From Nematostella vectensis (taxonomy: Eukaryota): DNA of 64,000 nucleotides. The stretch is taken from positions 1,753,027-1,817,026 of the forward strand of contig NC_064047.1 of NCBI RefSeq assembly GCF_932526225.1, read 5' to 3'. Shown here one piece after another: positions 13,791-26,139 of this stretch. The translations under genes and the position numbers were made by a program. The notes under the pieces were generated by a model. It saw only the letters and a program-made list of their open reading frames with translations. It was not told the DNA's origin and ran no database searches. Numbering within the stretch: the first letter of the stretch is position 1; each line of letters opens with the position of its first letter.

Positions 13791-13827
13791 GTACACTAGG
13801 ATTGATATACATGATTTTAGTACATAC

Positions 13828-14340
13828 ACAGGGCTTAAGGAATTACGCGGAAAAAACTCAAAATTAAGCTGGATTCTTTGCTAAATTAGTGCTAAATTAC
13901 GCGGAAAATCAATCATTACGCGCTAAATTACACGGAATATCAAATGTTACGCCCAAACTACATTTTGTACCGAAGGAAAGCACGAAATAACTTGAAAAAG
14001 GTTTATTTTTTTGCGCGAAAATATCTAAGGTGAGTTCATTGGCTCCTAGCCACCAGCCAATTAAAAAAGGTATTTTATTATTAGTCCTAGGCCTTCACGG
14101 TTTAGCAAAGAACGCCTAGTCATTTTATTTGTTTTCGAAAATTCAGTTCGAAATATCGCATTCTTACGAATAATATTTGCCTTTTTTTTACGAGAAACAG
14201 AGGTGAGAACCCTAAAAGAACACATCAGCTGTGCACTTAAATGTTTTGTCTTTCAAAATTTAGCTAAATTACGCGGATTACGCGGAGAAAGCCAAATTAC
14301 GCGCTTCTGCACAAGCGCATAATTCCAGAAGCCCTGCATA
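13828..14340 (+). mobile_element. MITE family B (about 460-510 bp; TIR cagggcttctg-like; internal ttacgcgg motifs), copy in PARP4-like intron 2
   Basis: Starts cagggcttaagg.. and ends ..ccagaagccctg. Confidence 0.8.
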
Positions 14341-14858
14341 CAGTACAGTTAAGAAATATTTTTGTATAACTAGTATTTTTAAAGTGCAAACATAATGTGA
14401 AAGCTGGACATGATCAGATGCCTTGCCTTTGCTTGTCAGTAATATACCTGACAGGCCAGTCCATATACATTCCATTCATAAGTTTAAGTCAGTGAGATAT
14501 AGTAATATAACGATCAGTAAAATATAATGAGGCAGATTGATATTGCAGAATTCTAAAACATTTTCTGTGGGACATTTGGGTTGCACTTAGCTGGCTTCTA
14601 TTTGCAGCTTTCTGATTGGATATTCCTGCATGAATCGGATCTGTGTTAATTCAAACAAGGACAATGATAGCTAAAGACAATGGCATAAAAAAAGAAGTGT
14701 TTGTTTGATGATCAATTCCAAATTTGTTGCCATCACTGTCCACGTTGTTGTCTTTGTAGTAGATCCACCAATCAGAATGCAGCATTTGATGACACACCAC
14801 TATAAATTTTTATTTGATTTTCCTAATATGAAATTATTTTTGCTTGCATATTTTACAG

Positions 14859-14937
14859 CTCCAAAACAAGGTGGATGTTTTAACAAAAAGGTCTCCAGTT
14901 CTGTCCAAGTTCTTCAAGCAGATCTAAGCAAAATAAG
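14859..14937 (+). CDS. PARP4: PARP4-like exon 3
   Basis: Acceptor ttttacag|, donor aag|gtactc; phase 1 to 2. Confidence 0.6.
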
Positions 14938-15033
14938 GTACTCAAAACACAAACATTTCAATCTTTTCATCAAAATCATTATGTATTCTTTGCTTCAATC
15001 TATAATCTAATGTCTGTTCTCTGTCTTTGTTAG

Positions 15034-15112
15034 GTTCTTCCCTTACAAAGGCTCTAAAGGCCCAAGTTACGATGAGAAAAGTTATGAAATTGCAAAGCAT
15101 GTGCTGTATCAG
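15034..15112 (+). CDS. PARP4: PARP4-like exon 4
   Basis: RFFPYKGSKGPSYDEKSYEIAKHVLYQ resembles PARP4 ..DFEVAKYNTLEK. Bounded by ttag| and |gtaaat. Confidence 0.65.
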
Positions 15113-15368
15113 GTAAATAGTGTGTGGTGCGTTCAAGACAGATGATGGTGATCACAGTGAAAGATTATTTCTGAGAGATGTGATTCAGAAGTTTTAGGAT
15201 GCCCTTATTGTTTTTATGTGCAATTGAATACTTTAGCTTCAGCAGTCCAATGCATTTTATGTTGAAAAATTGGTTCTGAAAAGGATAAAGTGCAGCTTTA
15301 CCCTAACCCATTCCTCCTATCTCTTTCTGGAAAAAAATAATATTTTTTGATTCATGCTTATCTCATAG

Positions 15369-15497
15369 AGAAGGGCAGATGCAGGAGAGGTTCTTGTTTT
15401 CTCTGCCATTGAGCTTCATGTCATTCCTCCAAGCACTTGCTTTGATGGACATCACTACAGGGTGTTCCACCACCATGGGAATTTTAAGGCACTTAAG
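15369..15497 (+). CDS. PARP4: PARP4-like exon 5
   Basis: ..DAGEVLVFSAIELHV.. resembles PARP4 ..GGQEAVVVELQC... Bounded by tcatag| and |gtattc. Confidence 0.6.
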
Positions 15498-15946
15498 GTA
15501 TTCAGACCAAATATGTAGCTATGCAGGCTGATGCAGGATTTATCAGTCCAGAAGATGTTGCCATCATATAGATAATGAAATTTTCCATTATTTTATACGT
15601 TATATTATGTGATATTTGTTATACAATAACACATGGATTTTCAGAGTGTAACTTATTTGGAATAGTATATAATACAAAAGAATAATAATTATAAACAGCT
15701 TTTGGCCTTTACCATGCCCTAAATTAATGGTGGCTGAATAATTACCGTTCAAAATAGAGAGAGACAGCTTGTCATTCTGATCAATGTTTCGCCTTTATAT
15801 TACCATTGTTAGAACATGAATAGCAGGGTTTTTTTGGCGGGAGATTCCTCTATCAATAAACTGTATCCAATCACTTCTTAAAACACATTCTAGATAAAAC
15901 ATCCTATGCACATACAGTATTATTATAAAAAGGTTTTATTTACTAG

Positions 15947-16117
15947 GAAGGAAATGATGCTGAGCAATGCACAAAAGAGTGTAGTTACCATGGAAGCAGT
16001 GAGGAGGCATTGGGGACGTACATAGCGCTGTGTGCGAAGGTAACACAACCCCCTCACAACTTAACATGCTGCTGGAAGACCCTCTCATCCAAGATAGGCT
16101 CCGATAAGATGAAGGAG
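15947..16117 (+). CDS. PARP4: PARP4-like exon 6
   Basis: The frame stays open across an internal gtaaca. ..KVTQPPHNL.. resembles HFTPEATQL. Donor gag|gttagt. Confidence 0.5.
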
Positions 16118-16509
16118 GTTAGTGCAGTACATGTATACTCATTTGATGCACCTTTGAAGGGGCAGTTCACCCAACCCTAAATGCATTGTTGGGGTGGCCG
16201 TTATTTTTAAGTATTTTAATAATTTATTAAAAAATAAAGCTCTAAAGTATTGTCAGTAAAAACGATAAGTGGCAAATGATCAATCTAAAATGGACCACTG
16301 TTTGTACCTATAATAATAAATTAACAAGTACATACTCAGAATACCTGTTAGTTTTGTATTGTAATGTATTGTAATGTGATAATGGGAGCTTAAATGACTT
16401 TACATGCTATGATTTAGTGGTAAAACTGACATCTGGCTCACGTCCATATCTTGTGTACCTCATCTGGATGCTTTATCATTAAAATGAACATATGTACCAA
16501 TTAATCCAG

Positions 16510-16689
16510 GAATCAATGGACACCCGCTCATCAGGGGAAGGAGAATCTGTCAGCCAAGAGGTGGCGAGCCTTGTGGACTACCTGTGGACAGAAGCGATTG
16601 GTTGCTTAAATAGCACATTGTCTGTGCCTTTAGAATCCATAAAGCTGCAAAAAGTACAAGAAGCTGAGGCAATATTGATGTCATTGAAG
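16510..16689 (+). CDS. PARP4: PARP4-like exon 7
   Basis: SQEVASLVDYLWTEAIGCLNSTL..AEAILMSLK resembles PARP4 SQEVSDLVEMIWAEALGHLEHML..AEGILLLVK. Confidence 0.85.
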
Positions 16690-16946
16690 GTACATACATG
16701 TAGGGCATAACACACTAAGCCACCCATGCTTCCACAAGGGTCTTGAGTGCGGGTCATTGGGGTCTTGTCATTGAATTGGTTATGTTGGTGGTGATGAAAA
16801 CGATAATAATGGTGGTGGTGGTATTAAGATGATTATGATGTGTTGTTGGTTATATTAATAAGAAGGAGGATAATAATATACAACCTGATCAAATTACAAT
16901 GATTGTTTTATAACTACAATGATATATCTTATGTGTTTCCAAACAG

Positions 16947-17087
16947 GAAGAATTTGACAATACACAAAACAAGGAGAAGATTTCAAAACTTTGGGAAGAG
17001 TTTGATTCACTTATTCCTCATCAAATTAAAATCAAGGACTCAACAGTTAATAAGGGGTTGATTGCAGAGAAGCAAAATCTTTGTCAG
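16947..17087 (+). CDS. PARP4: PARP4-like exon 8
   Basis: ..EEFDSLIPHQ..KGLIAEKQNLCQ resembles ..TEFYRLIPHK..LGLLAKKADLCQ. Bounded by cag| and |gtgagt. Confidence 0.85.
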
Positions 17088-17419
17088 GTGAGTATAAAGG
17101 CTTGTTCCATAAAAGTAAAAGCCAATTCAGATCATCCAGGTGGAATTCCCCCTCCTCAACCGTATTAATTGTAATAGATTGTAATAGATAGATTGTAATT
17201 GATTGTAATAGATATATATGGCATACATAGTATATATACCCTAATTTTTTTTTTACGAAAAAATCTACCCGACCTTCACGACACAGCTTTTAAAAGATGA
17301 TTGCTATCTCAAGCTTTCTCTGCAAGGTTAATCTTCCAATAATAGAAAAAAAAAACAATGACAAATGTTTGGCGGACTGGGACTCTTTAATGTGCAGGAT
17401 AATATTTTGTTGGTTCCAG

Positions 17420-17580
17420 CTAATTAGAGATATGGTAACAATCAGCGAAGCCACCAACATGTCAACGGTGAGCAGCCACTTGGCCAAGTACAAGGCTCTT
17501 AGATGCCACATAGAGGCTCTGCACCCTGAAGAGGCAGAATACAAGGCGATCAAGGAGCTTGCAATAGAAGAACAGACAGG
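17420..17580 (+). CDS. PARP4: PARP4-like exon 9
   Basis: LIRDMVTISEATNMS..LAKYKALRCHIEAL resembles LIRDMVNVCETNLS..LAKYRALRCKIEHV. Confidence 0.9.
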
Positions 17581-17877
17581 GTAAGCAGAGATTATCACAC
17601 TAGCAGCAATATGATTAGTTGCACATTCTAGAACAACAACAGAATAGGCTTATCCACGACAAGAAACAGGAACTTATCCAGCAGCAACAACAGGCCTATT
17701 TACACATCGAGCGGATCATTTTCTCCTAGCTCACAGAGTGGTATTTAATTTTCCTTCATTAGAGCAGAACAACAGATGCATTTCATATTTTCAAACATCC
17801 ACCTTAGCTGTATAAAATGTAGAAGAGTTCATCTATATTTAAGATTGTTTCAAACTTTCTATTTTACTTGTTTCCAG

Positions 17878-17986
17878 CTCAAATGATATCATAGTGTTAA
17901 ATGTATTCTCGCTGCACCGCCCCGTGGAGGACATCAATTACAGGCATGGCCTCGGCAGACAAAAGCTACTATTCCATGCTTCTAGG
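17878..17986 (+). CDS. PARP4: PARP4-like exon 10, the start of the PARP catalytic fold (His of the H-Y-E triad)
   Basis: ..GRQKLLFHASR resembles ..NVRPLLHGSP. Donor agg|gtaagt. The 3' end of this exon plus its donor is the seed of the downstream 61-bp minisatellite. Confidence 0.85.
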
Positions 17987-20420
17987 GTAAGTCATTCTAT
18001 AAAGACATTACCTCGGCAGACAAAAGCTACTATTCCATGCTTCTAGGGTAAGTCATTCTATAAAGACATAACCTCGGCAGACAAAAGCTACTATTCCATG
18101 CTTTTAGGGTAAGTCATTCTAAAGACATTACCTCGGCAGACAAAAGCTACCATTCCATGCTTCTAGGGTAAGTCATTCTATAAAGACATTACCTCACCGG
18201 ACAAAAACTACTATTTCATGCTTTTAGGGTAAGTCATTCTATAAGACATTACCTCGGCAGACAAAAACTACTATTCCATGCTTCTAGGGTAAGTAATTCT
18301 ATAAAGACATTACCTCGGCAGACAAAAACTACTATTCCATGCTTCTAGGGTAAGTCATTCTATAAAGACATTACCTCACCGGACAAAGGCTACTATTCCA
18401 TGCTTTTAGGGTAAGTAATTCTATAAAGACATTACCTCGGCAGACAAAAGCTATTATTCCATGCTTCTAGGGTAAGTCATTCTATAAAGACATTACCTCG
18501 GCAGACAAAAACTACTATTCCATGCTTCTAGGGTAAGTCATTCTATAAAGACATTACCTCACCGGACAAAAACTACTATTTCATGCTTTTAGGGTAAGTC
18601 ATTCTATAAAGACATTACCTCACCGGACAAAGGCTACTATTCCATGCTTCTAGGGTAAGTCATTCTATAAAGACATTACCTCACCGGACAAAGGCTACTA
18701 TTCCATGCTTCTAGGGTAAGTCATTCTATAAAGACATTACCTCGGCAGACAAAAGCTACTATTCCATGCTTCTAGGGTAAGTCATTCTATAAAGACATTA
18801 CCTCGGCAGACAAAGGCTACTATTCCATGCTTCTAGGGTAAGTCATTCTATAAAGACATTACCTCGGCAGACAAAAGCTACTATTCCATGCTTTTAGGGT
18901 AAGTCATTCTATAAAGACATTACCTCACCGGACAAAGGCTACTATTCCATGCTTCTAGGGTAAGTCATTCTATAAAGACATTACCTCGGCAGACAAAAAC
19001 TACCATTCCATGCTTCTAGGGTAAGTCATTCTATAAAGACATTACCTCGGCAGACAAAAGCTACCATTCCATGCTTCTAGGGTAAGTCATTCTATAAAGA
19101 CATTACCTCAGCAGACAAAAGCTATTATTCCATGCTTCTAGGGTAAGTCATTCTATAAAGACATTACCTCGGCAGACAAAGGCTACTATTCCATGCTTCT
19201 AGGGTAAGTCATTCTATAAAGACATTACCTCGGCAGACAAAAGCTACCATTCCATGCTTCTAGGGTAAGTCATTCTATAAAGACATTACCTCGGCAGACA
19301 AAGGCTACTATTCCATGCTTCTAGGGTAAGTCATTCTATAAAGACATTACCTCGGCAGACAAAAGCTACTATTCCATGCTTTTAGGGTAAGTCATTCTAT
19401 AAAGACATTACCTCACCGGACAAAGGCTACTATTCCATGCTTCTAGGGTAAGTCATTCTATAAAGACATTACCTCGGCAGACAAAAACTACCATTCCATG
19501 CTTCTAGGGTAAGTCATTCTATAAAGACATTACCTCGGCAGACAAAAGCTACCATTCCATGCTTCTAGGGTAAGTCATTCTATAAAGACATTACCTCGGC
19601 AGACAAAAGCTATTATTCCATGCTTCTAGGGTAAGTCATTCTATAAAGACATTACCTCGGCAGACAAAAACTACTATTCCATGCTTCTAGGGTAAGTCAT
19701 TCTATAAAGACATTACCTCACCGGACAAAGGCTACTATTCCATGCTTCTAGGGTAAGTCATTCTATAAAGACATTACCTTTGCAGACAAAGGCTACTATT
19801 CCATGCTTCTAGGGTAAGTCATTCTATAAAGGCATTACCTCGGCAGACAAAGGCTACTATTCCATGCTTCTAGGGTAAGTCATTCTATAAAGACATTACC
19901 TCGGCAGACAAAAGCTACTATTCCATGCTTTTAGGGTAAGTCATTCTATAAAGACATTACCTCACCGGACAACGCTACTATTCCATGCTTTTAGGGTAAG
20001 TCATTCTATAAAGACATTACCTCGGCAGACAAAAGCTACTATTCCATGCTTCTAGGGTAAGTCATTCTATAAAGACATTACCTCACCGGACAAAAACTAC
20101 TATTTCTTGTTTTTGGGGTAAGTCATTCTATAAAGACATTACCTCGGCAGACAAAAACTACTATTCCATGCTTCTAGGGTAAGTCATTCTATAAAGACAT
20201 TACCTCGGCAGAAAAAAAAAACTACTATTCCATGCTTCTAGGGTAAGTCATTCTATAAAGACATTACCTCGGCAGACAAAAGCTACTATTTCATGCTTCT
20301 AGGGTAAGTCATTCGATAAATATATAACCTAGGCGGACAAAAGCTACTATTCCATTCGTTTTAGGGTAAATCATTCTATAAAGACATTGCCTATAGGCGG
20401 ACAAAATCTACTATTCCATT
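17950..20420. repeat. Minisatellite of about 61 bp x about 40 copies, derived from the exon 10 3' end plus its splice donor
   Basis: Unit cctcggcagacaaaagctactattccatgcttctagg|gtaagtcattctataaagacattac is identical to the last 37 nt of exon 10 plus 24 nt of intron. Every copy carries an agg|gtaagt donor. Confidence 0.95.
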
Positions 20421-20619
20421 CTTGTAGGGCAATTTATTTTTTACAAACATGGTTACAAACTAGGTTTTCTTCGCCTCTAAGGGTAAGGGGTTTTTTGTTC
20501 TTTTTCCGGCTTGAAATAAAAGAAAGACAATGATATCGTGAGGACTTTTGATGAAAGTATAGTCGACAAAGAGACAATAAGCTATTAAGTCTAACTATTT
20601 CTGTTTTGTTGTATCGCAG

Positions 20620-20648
20620 GTCAGGAATTTTGTTGGAATACTCTCGAG
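20620..20648 (+). CDS. PARP4: PARP4-like exon 11 (29-bp micro-exon)
   Basis: VRNFVGILS resembles VQNIVGILCRG. Bounded by cgcag| and |gtaaat. It restores the phase between exons 10 and 12. Confidence 0.75.
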
Positions 20649-21337
20649 GTAAATCCATTTAATATATGTTCCACTTAATCTCCTCCACAGGAATCTCGAG
20701 TGTTTTTTTGGACTTTTCCGTACTTTTATGAATTCGGGTTCCTGTGGTACTATTCATGTAAGATATTGGACTGAGGGCTAGTTGAACCGGAACCAGGCCC
20801 CCGCTCTTTCTTGATCACGCCACACGAAGCCCAAAATCGATAAAAGCCTGAGTCCCTGTCAGCCGCAATTTGTCATCTTCACGAAATACGAAGAACGAGA
20901 AACGGTCCACTTCTGACTGCTCTTCTGTTATATTTTCGATTTGAGTTTGTAAAAAAAGTATAAAATTATGTTTGTGAGTGACTACTATAAGATTTCCTCA
21001 TCATCATCTGTTTTCCAATAGGGAATAAACACGATAACAAAGGTATGGCTAACCGCGCTGTGTCAAAGCCAAGGAAAACTAATAAAATCTGATACTAGAT
21101 TATAATTTGATGTACTGGCAACGGAGAGAATATTTCGATGCAATGAAGCTAAATAGAAAAAAAAATTAATTAAACGTTTGTGAGAATTAGTAAAAACGAT
21201 AAATTGAAAATTGCACATACTGGGTTCCAGGGTTCATCTGGTCCATCTGGAAAATTCCTTCCTATTCCTTCGAATTGTCTGCTCTCTTTCCGTGTGCATG
21301 TCTCGTATGTAAAACTAAAAGTGTAGCATTCTTTCAG

Positions 21338-21436
21338 GGGTTTACTTCTCCCTACGATTGTCGTCGACGATTTTGGGGGCCAGCGGTCTGATGCAGGGAT
21401 GTTGGGCCACGGTATCTATTTTGCTGACAGAGCCAG
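21338..21436 (+). CDS. PARP4: PARP4-like exon 12 (catalytic; Tyr of the triad)
   Basis: GLLLPTIVVDDFGGQRSDAGMLGHGIYFADRA resembles GLLLPKVVEDRGVQRTDVGNLGSGIYFSDSLS. Confidence 0.9.
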
Positions 21437-21499
21437 GTAAGACCAGCATGCACTTCGCTTCCAGTTGTGCTAGGTAGTGATCACGTGTTTGTTTTTCAG

Positions 21500-21581
21500 C
21501 ACAAGTGCTAAATACTCGTCCCCAGGCATGCTCGGATCCCGTTTTATGCTGGTCAATAAAGTGGCGTTGGGCAAATCCAAG
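21500..21581 (+). CDS. PARP4: PARP4-like exon 13 (catalytic)
   Basis: TSAKYSSPG..VNKVALGKSK resembles TSIKYSHPG..ICDVALGKCMD. Confidence 0.85.
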
Positions 21582-21639
21582 GTAATACAGGGAGCTTCTG
21601 CAACGACGACGGCGAAGAGAACGTGATTAAGGAAACGCC

Positions 21640-22095
21640 TTTATCAGGGCTTCTGCAATTACGCGCTTGTGCGGAAGCGCGTAATTTGGCTTTTTCCGCG
21701 TAATCCGCGCAATGCACCAATTTCCACGTAATCCCGCCTAATTTGGCTAAATTTTGAAAGACAAAGCATTTAATTGCACAGGTAATGTGTTCTTTTAGGG
21801 TTCTTACCTCTATTTCTCGTAAAAAAAGAGAGATATCCTTCGTAAGAGTGCTACCGCGAAGGCCTAGGACTAATAATAAAATACCTTTTTTAATTGGCTG
21901 GTGGCTAGGAGCCAATGAAAATTTAGCGCGTAATTCAGTAAAGAATCCCGCAAAATTTTGATTTTTAAAGAAAAATGTATTGCAAAATCCCGCCTAATTT
22001 AGCGCGTAATGATTGATTTTCCGCGTAATTTAGCAAAGAATCCCGCGTTATTGTGAGTTTTTTTCCGCGTATTTCCAGAAGCCCTGCTTTATGCT
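21640..22095 (-). mobile_element. MITE family B, second copy, in inverted orientation, in PARP4-like intron 13
   Basis: This copy is the reverse complement of 13828-14340 over about 450 bp (for example ..aattggctggtggctaggagccaatgaa..). Confidence 0.85.
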
Positions 22096-22479
22096 TAGCG
22101 CTTAATGCTAGTTAACTCGTTTTTATAGTTCCGAGAGTAGAAAAAAGCCTAGTGAAGCCGGACAGATTTGCTACTATCTGCAGTTGTCTTATATCTTTTT
22201 TTCAAGAGTCGCATAATCTGAACCTCTCTTCCTCAAAAGTTTTAGAAAAATTCTTAAAGAACCCTAGTCAGCCAGATCTTTGTTATTGTTTTCATACAAA
22301 ATTGGGAGATTTAAGTGATGTTACGAAATCCGAAAGTAGCCATTTAAAAACAACGTTTTCTACATTTAATAAACTCCGATAAAAGTGATGACCAAATTTG
22401 CGAATGACAAAGACTATTTGTAAAATTTTCTCGCGGTTAGCTCATAGTCTAAAGTGATGCCATTTTATTGTTCCTGTAG

Positions 22480-22578
22480 GAATATCGTAAGTTTACTAAA
22501 GATCTGACGCGACCGCCTGACGGGTATAATAGCGTCATAGGTGTCAAGGCGACCGAGACGCAGCCATCAGACTTCAAG
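22480..22578 (+). CDS. PARP4: PARP4-like exon 14 (catalytic)
   Basis: ..TRPPDGYNSVIGVKATE..SDFK resembles ..TEAPPGYDSVHGVSQTA..TDFE. The exon end plus donor is duplicated downstream. Confidence 0.85.
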
Positions 22579-22589
22579 GTAACGCCTCA

Positions 22590-23150
22590 CTACTACACAG
22601 TAGGTCACGGTAGACTATGTCACGACATGATATGTCACGGTAGGATATAGGTTATGTTACATTATGGTGTAGGGATCAAGGCGACCAAACCATCAGCCTT
22701 CAAGGTGACGCCTTACTAGTAGGTCACGGTAGAATATGACACGTAACAAACGGCGGGTTAAAGGTATCAAAGCGACCAAACCATCAGCCTTCAAGGTGAC
22801 GCCTTATTAGTAGGTCACGGTAGAATATGACACGTAACAAACGGCGGGTTAAAGGTATCAAAGCGACCGAACCATCAGACTTCAATTTGATGCCTTACTA
22901 CATACTAGGTCACGCTAGAACATATGTCACGACACAATATGTCACGGTACAACATATGTAACGACACGATATGTCACGGTAGTACATATGTAACGACACG
23001 ATATGTCACGGTATAACTTATGTAACGACACGATATGTCACGGTAGAACATATGTAACGACACGATATGTCACGGTAGAACATATGTAACGACACGATAT
23101 GTCACGGTAGAACATATGTAACGACACGATATGTCACGGTGAGGTCATAG
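22590..23150. repeat. Compound tandem repeats in PARP4-like intron 14: about 95-bp units that re-copy the exon 14 end and its donor (..caaggcgaccaaaccatcagccttcaag|gtgacgcc), and a 33-bp unit (gtaacgacacgatatgtcacggtagaacatat) x 6
   Basis: Direct inspection. The first unit overlaps exon 14's last 30 nt. Confidence 0.85.
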
Positions 23151-23261
23151 GCATCAACGATACTGTTTCCATGAGGTTTTGCAGCCAGTGCGTCACCATA
23201 GCTAGACCCTTGTACTTTAATAATTTATCATAAAAGGCTAATTAATTTTTTGTTGTTGTAG

Positions 23262-23349
23262 GATGACGAATTTGTTGTTTACGACACCAAGCAGCAGCAG
23301 ATGAGGTATGTCATCTTCACCCGTCAAATACTTATTCGGGATGACTGTG
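23262..23349 (+). CDS. PARP4: PARP4-like exon 15 (catalytic Glu). The alternative donor is at 23385.
   Basis: DDEFVVYDTKQQQMRYVIF resembles DDEFVVYKTNQVKMKYIIKF. A 36-bp in-frame tandem duplication carries a second gtagag donor. Confidence 0.75.
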
Positions 23350-23488
23350 GTAGAGAGCCTCAAATACTTATTCGGGATGACTGTGGTAGAGGGCTGATCG
23401 AGTCGCACTGAAACTGAGGATAAACATTTTTTATGCATCACACCTTCTCTAGCCCCTTCTATTTTTTGCGCTTTGTTTACATGGTGCT

Positions 23489-23935
<447 letters not shown>

Positions 23936-24287
23936 TCTGTCTACGCGGATGTTTAACGCAATGTTCGTTTATTTAAATGGAAATAAATTACAGTAAAATG
24001 TGTTTAATATTTGTGACTTTCGTCAGATATCTTGTGGAATTTGCTCTACCGGAAGATAACATAATCGCCCGCGATAATGTGTCCGTTGACAGCGGATTTG
24101 TTGAAGAGCCGCTCGATAATGAAGGTTAGACAGCAAATATGTGTTGTTAAAGTAAAAGTTATAAAAACAATCATAATAAGATGTTATATATAATCTAAAA
24201 TAATAATCTAATCATAATAAAATCCAAAAAAAACCTTTTTTTTCGTAGTTTATCGCTTTATCAGTAATGAAGTTTTTTTCTATGCAG

Positions 24288-24433
24288 ATGAGATAGAAGT
24301 TGATCTGTCTGACGTGATGTCCATCCCAGATCCCTTACTGAAGGTTGAGGCTGGGTTGAAAGGGACTGCTGACAAGCCTGTTCCACTCAAAGCGGTCCAT
24401 ATTCGCGCCAAGCTTCTTGACCTCGCAGCACAG
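24288..24433 (+). CDS. PARP4: PARP4-like exon 16
   Basis: ..KPVPLKAVHIRAKLLDLAAQ resembles ..NLVPLEDVHIKGRIIDTVAQ. Donor cag|gtaatg. Confidence 0.8.
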
Positions 24434-24804
24434 GTAATGTTGTTGTGACTTCTGCTCAGGTAACCCATTCATTAGAGGTTTTTTAGCACACAGGTAACCC
24501 ACTCACCATAGGTGGCTCAATCGTGACCACCCCCACAGGTAACCCAGGATTACTTACAGTTATCCAATCGTGGCTACCACACAGGAAATCCACTCAGCAT
24601 GGACAATTCATAATGAATACCGCTCGTTCCCTCGTCCTGCTTTCGGGTTCCCGTCTGCATTCTTTCGTCGCGCCTTCCGGTTTCCGTCGGCATTAATTCG
24701 TAACGCTTTTCAGTTTTTAGCGGTGCAACCCGTAGTAATGAGTATCAAATAAATCAGCTTGAAGAAGTCGTATGTTAGATAACGACAGATCTGTGTGTTT
24801 CCAG

Positions 24805-24889
24805 GTTGTAGTGATGCAGGTGTATTGTAACAACAGCGACGTACCGATTGAAGCCAAGTACGTCTTCCCTCTAGATGATATGGCGGCGG
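24805..24889 (+). CDS. PARP4: PARP4-like exon 17 (VIT)
   Basis: VVVMQVYCNNSDVPIEAKYVFPLDDMAA resembles VIVFQTYTNKSHVPIEAKYIFPLDDKAA. Confidence 0.95.
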
Positions 24890-25302
24890 GTAAGGCGGCA
24901 CCTGAGTTTGAGTATTCCTCGATCCGAACAAACTTAAAAATAGCTTGTGTGAATCATGAGCCTCGGAAGTGTGGAATTGGCTTTCGATCACATCCTTTTT
25001 TTGTCTGTTTATTTTATCTACCAGCCCAATTCAGCCGATTAAAATGTGCATAAAAAAATTCATATCCTCACTTGGTTGCTTTATCTAACGGAAAAAGCCA
25101 TCAGGGTCAAATCCTTCGTTAAAATTCTGATTGACGGGGTATAGCACAGCGATTATGATGATGGACGGCTTTAACAATATTTGACTAAACGTTTCTTAAT
25201 CCATGGTTTGTTATTAGCCGATGGAATTGGATACGATATATATAGTTGGGTAGCGCAGAATAGGAACCTCTTCTCCCTTTGATGTAATTTCATACATCGC
25301 AG

Positions 25303-25436
25303 TTTGCGGATTTGAGGCCTTCATCAATGGTAAACACATCATTGGTGAGGTAAAAGAAAAAGAACAAGCACGCAAAGAGTACCGGGAAGCAATCAGCGCA
25401 GGGCATGGGGCCTATCTCATGGACGAGGAGACACCA
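25303..25436 (+). CDS. PARP4: PARP4-like exon 18 (VIT)
   Basis: VCGFEAFINGKHIIGEVKEKEQARKEYREAISAGHGAYLMDEETP is near-identical to the PARP4 VIT domain. Confidence 0.95.
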
Positions 25437-25926
25437 GTAAGTATACGCATGCGCGACCTGCATAGAGCAGCTTTGCCATGATTGTAATTCCTAAATGTAT
25501 TCTAAAATCACAAATGTATAAGACAAAACCGATAGCTTTGCTTTCTTTTTTTGTCCCTAGCTTGCTTCACATATAATTTTAACCTGTTACTCTTAAAAAA
25601 TATCATATTTTATGTTGATTCATAAGTTATGTTGATATATTTAAAGATATTGTAAGGGTAGCATTACTAAAGCATATATTAGTTTATCGTATTCTAATAC
25701 AACTTTATATATTGCTTGTTAAATGTTTTGCATATAACTGACATTTTTTGAGGAAGTACACACGTTATGACACCTTTCTTGTACTTATACAAGAAATAAG
25801 TCTCGAGATCTCGAAAGTCTCGAAACTTAAGTCTCGAAAATGTTTTGACAGCATCCCATGATCAGCTGAAATTCAAAGTTTAAAATGATGGCTTGCTGCA
25901 AGTTAGATTATTTATTTCCTTTACAG

Positions 25927-26132
25927 GACGTGTTCACCGTGAACGTAGGTAACCTACCCCCAGCTGCAAGCGTGCTCATTAAGATCACCTATGTTGCCGA
26001 ACTCACCGTGGAGGGAGAACTCATCTGCTTTCGGTTACCAGGAAGCGTGGCGCCATGGCAGCGCACGCAAGCGCATGATGACGTCACTCAAACAGATGTG
26101 GATACTATTTGTGTTGATGAGGAGAATCAAAG
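25927..26132 (+). CDS. PARP4: PARP4-like exon 19 (VIT)
   Basis: DVFTVNVGNLPPAASVLIKITYVAEL.. resembles DVFTVSVGNLPPKAKVLIKITYITEL... Donor aag|gttaag. It is followed by the 4.65-kb satellite intron. Confidence 0.9.
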
Positions 26133-26139
26133 GTTAAGT

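Noticed and set aside
17950-20420. A regularly spaced 61-bp repeat array that could superficially resemble a CRISPR array
   Set aside because: There are no unique spacers; the whole 61-bp unit repeats. The context is eukaryotic and intronic, and the unit is exon-donor derived.
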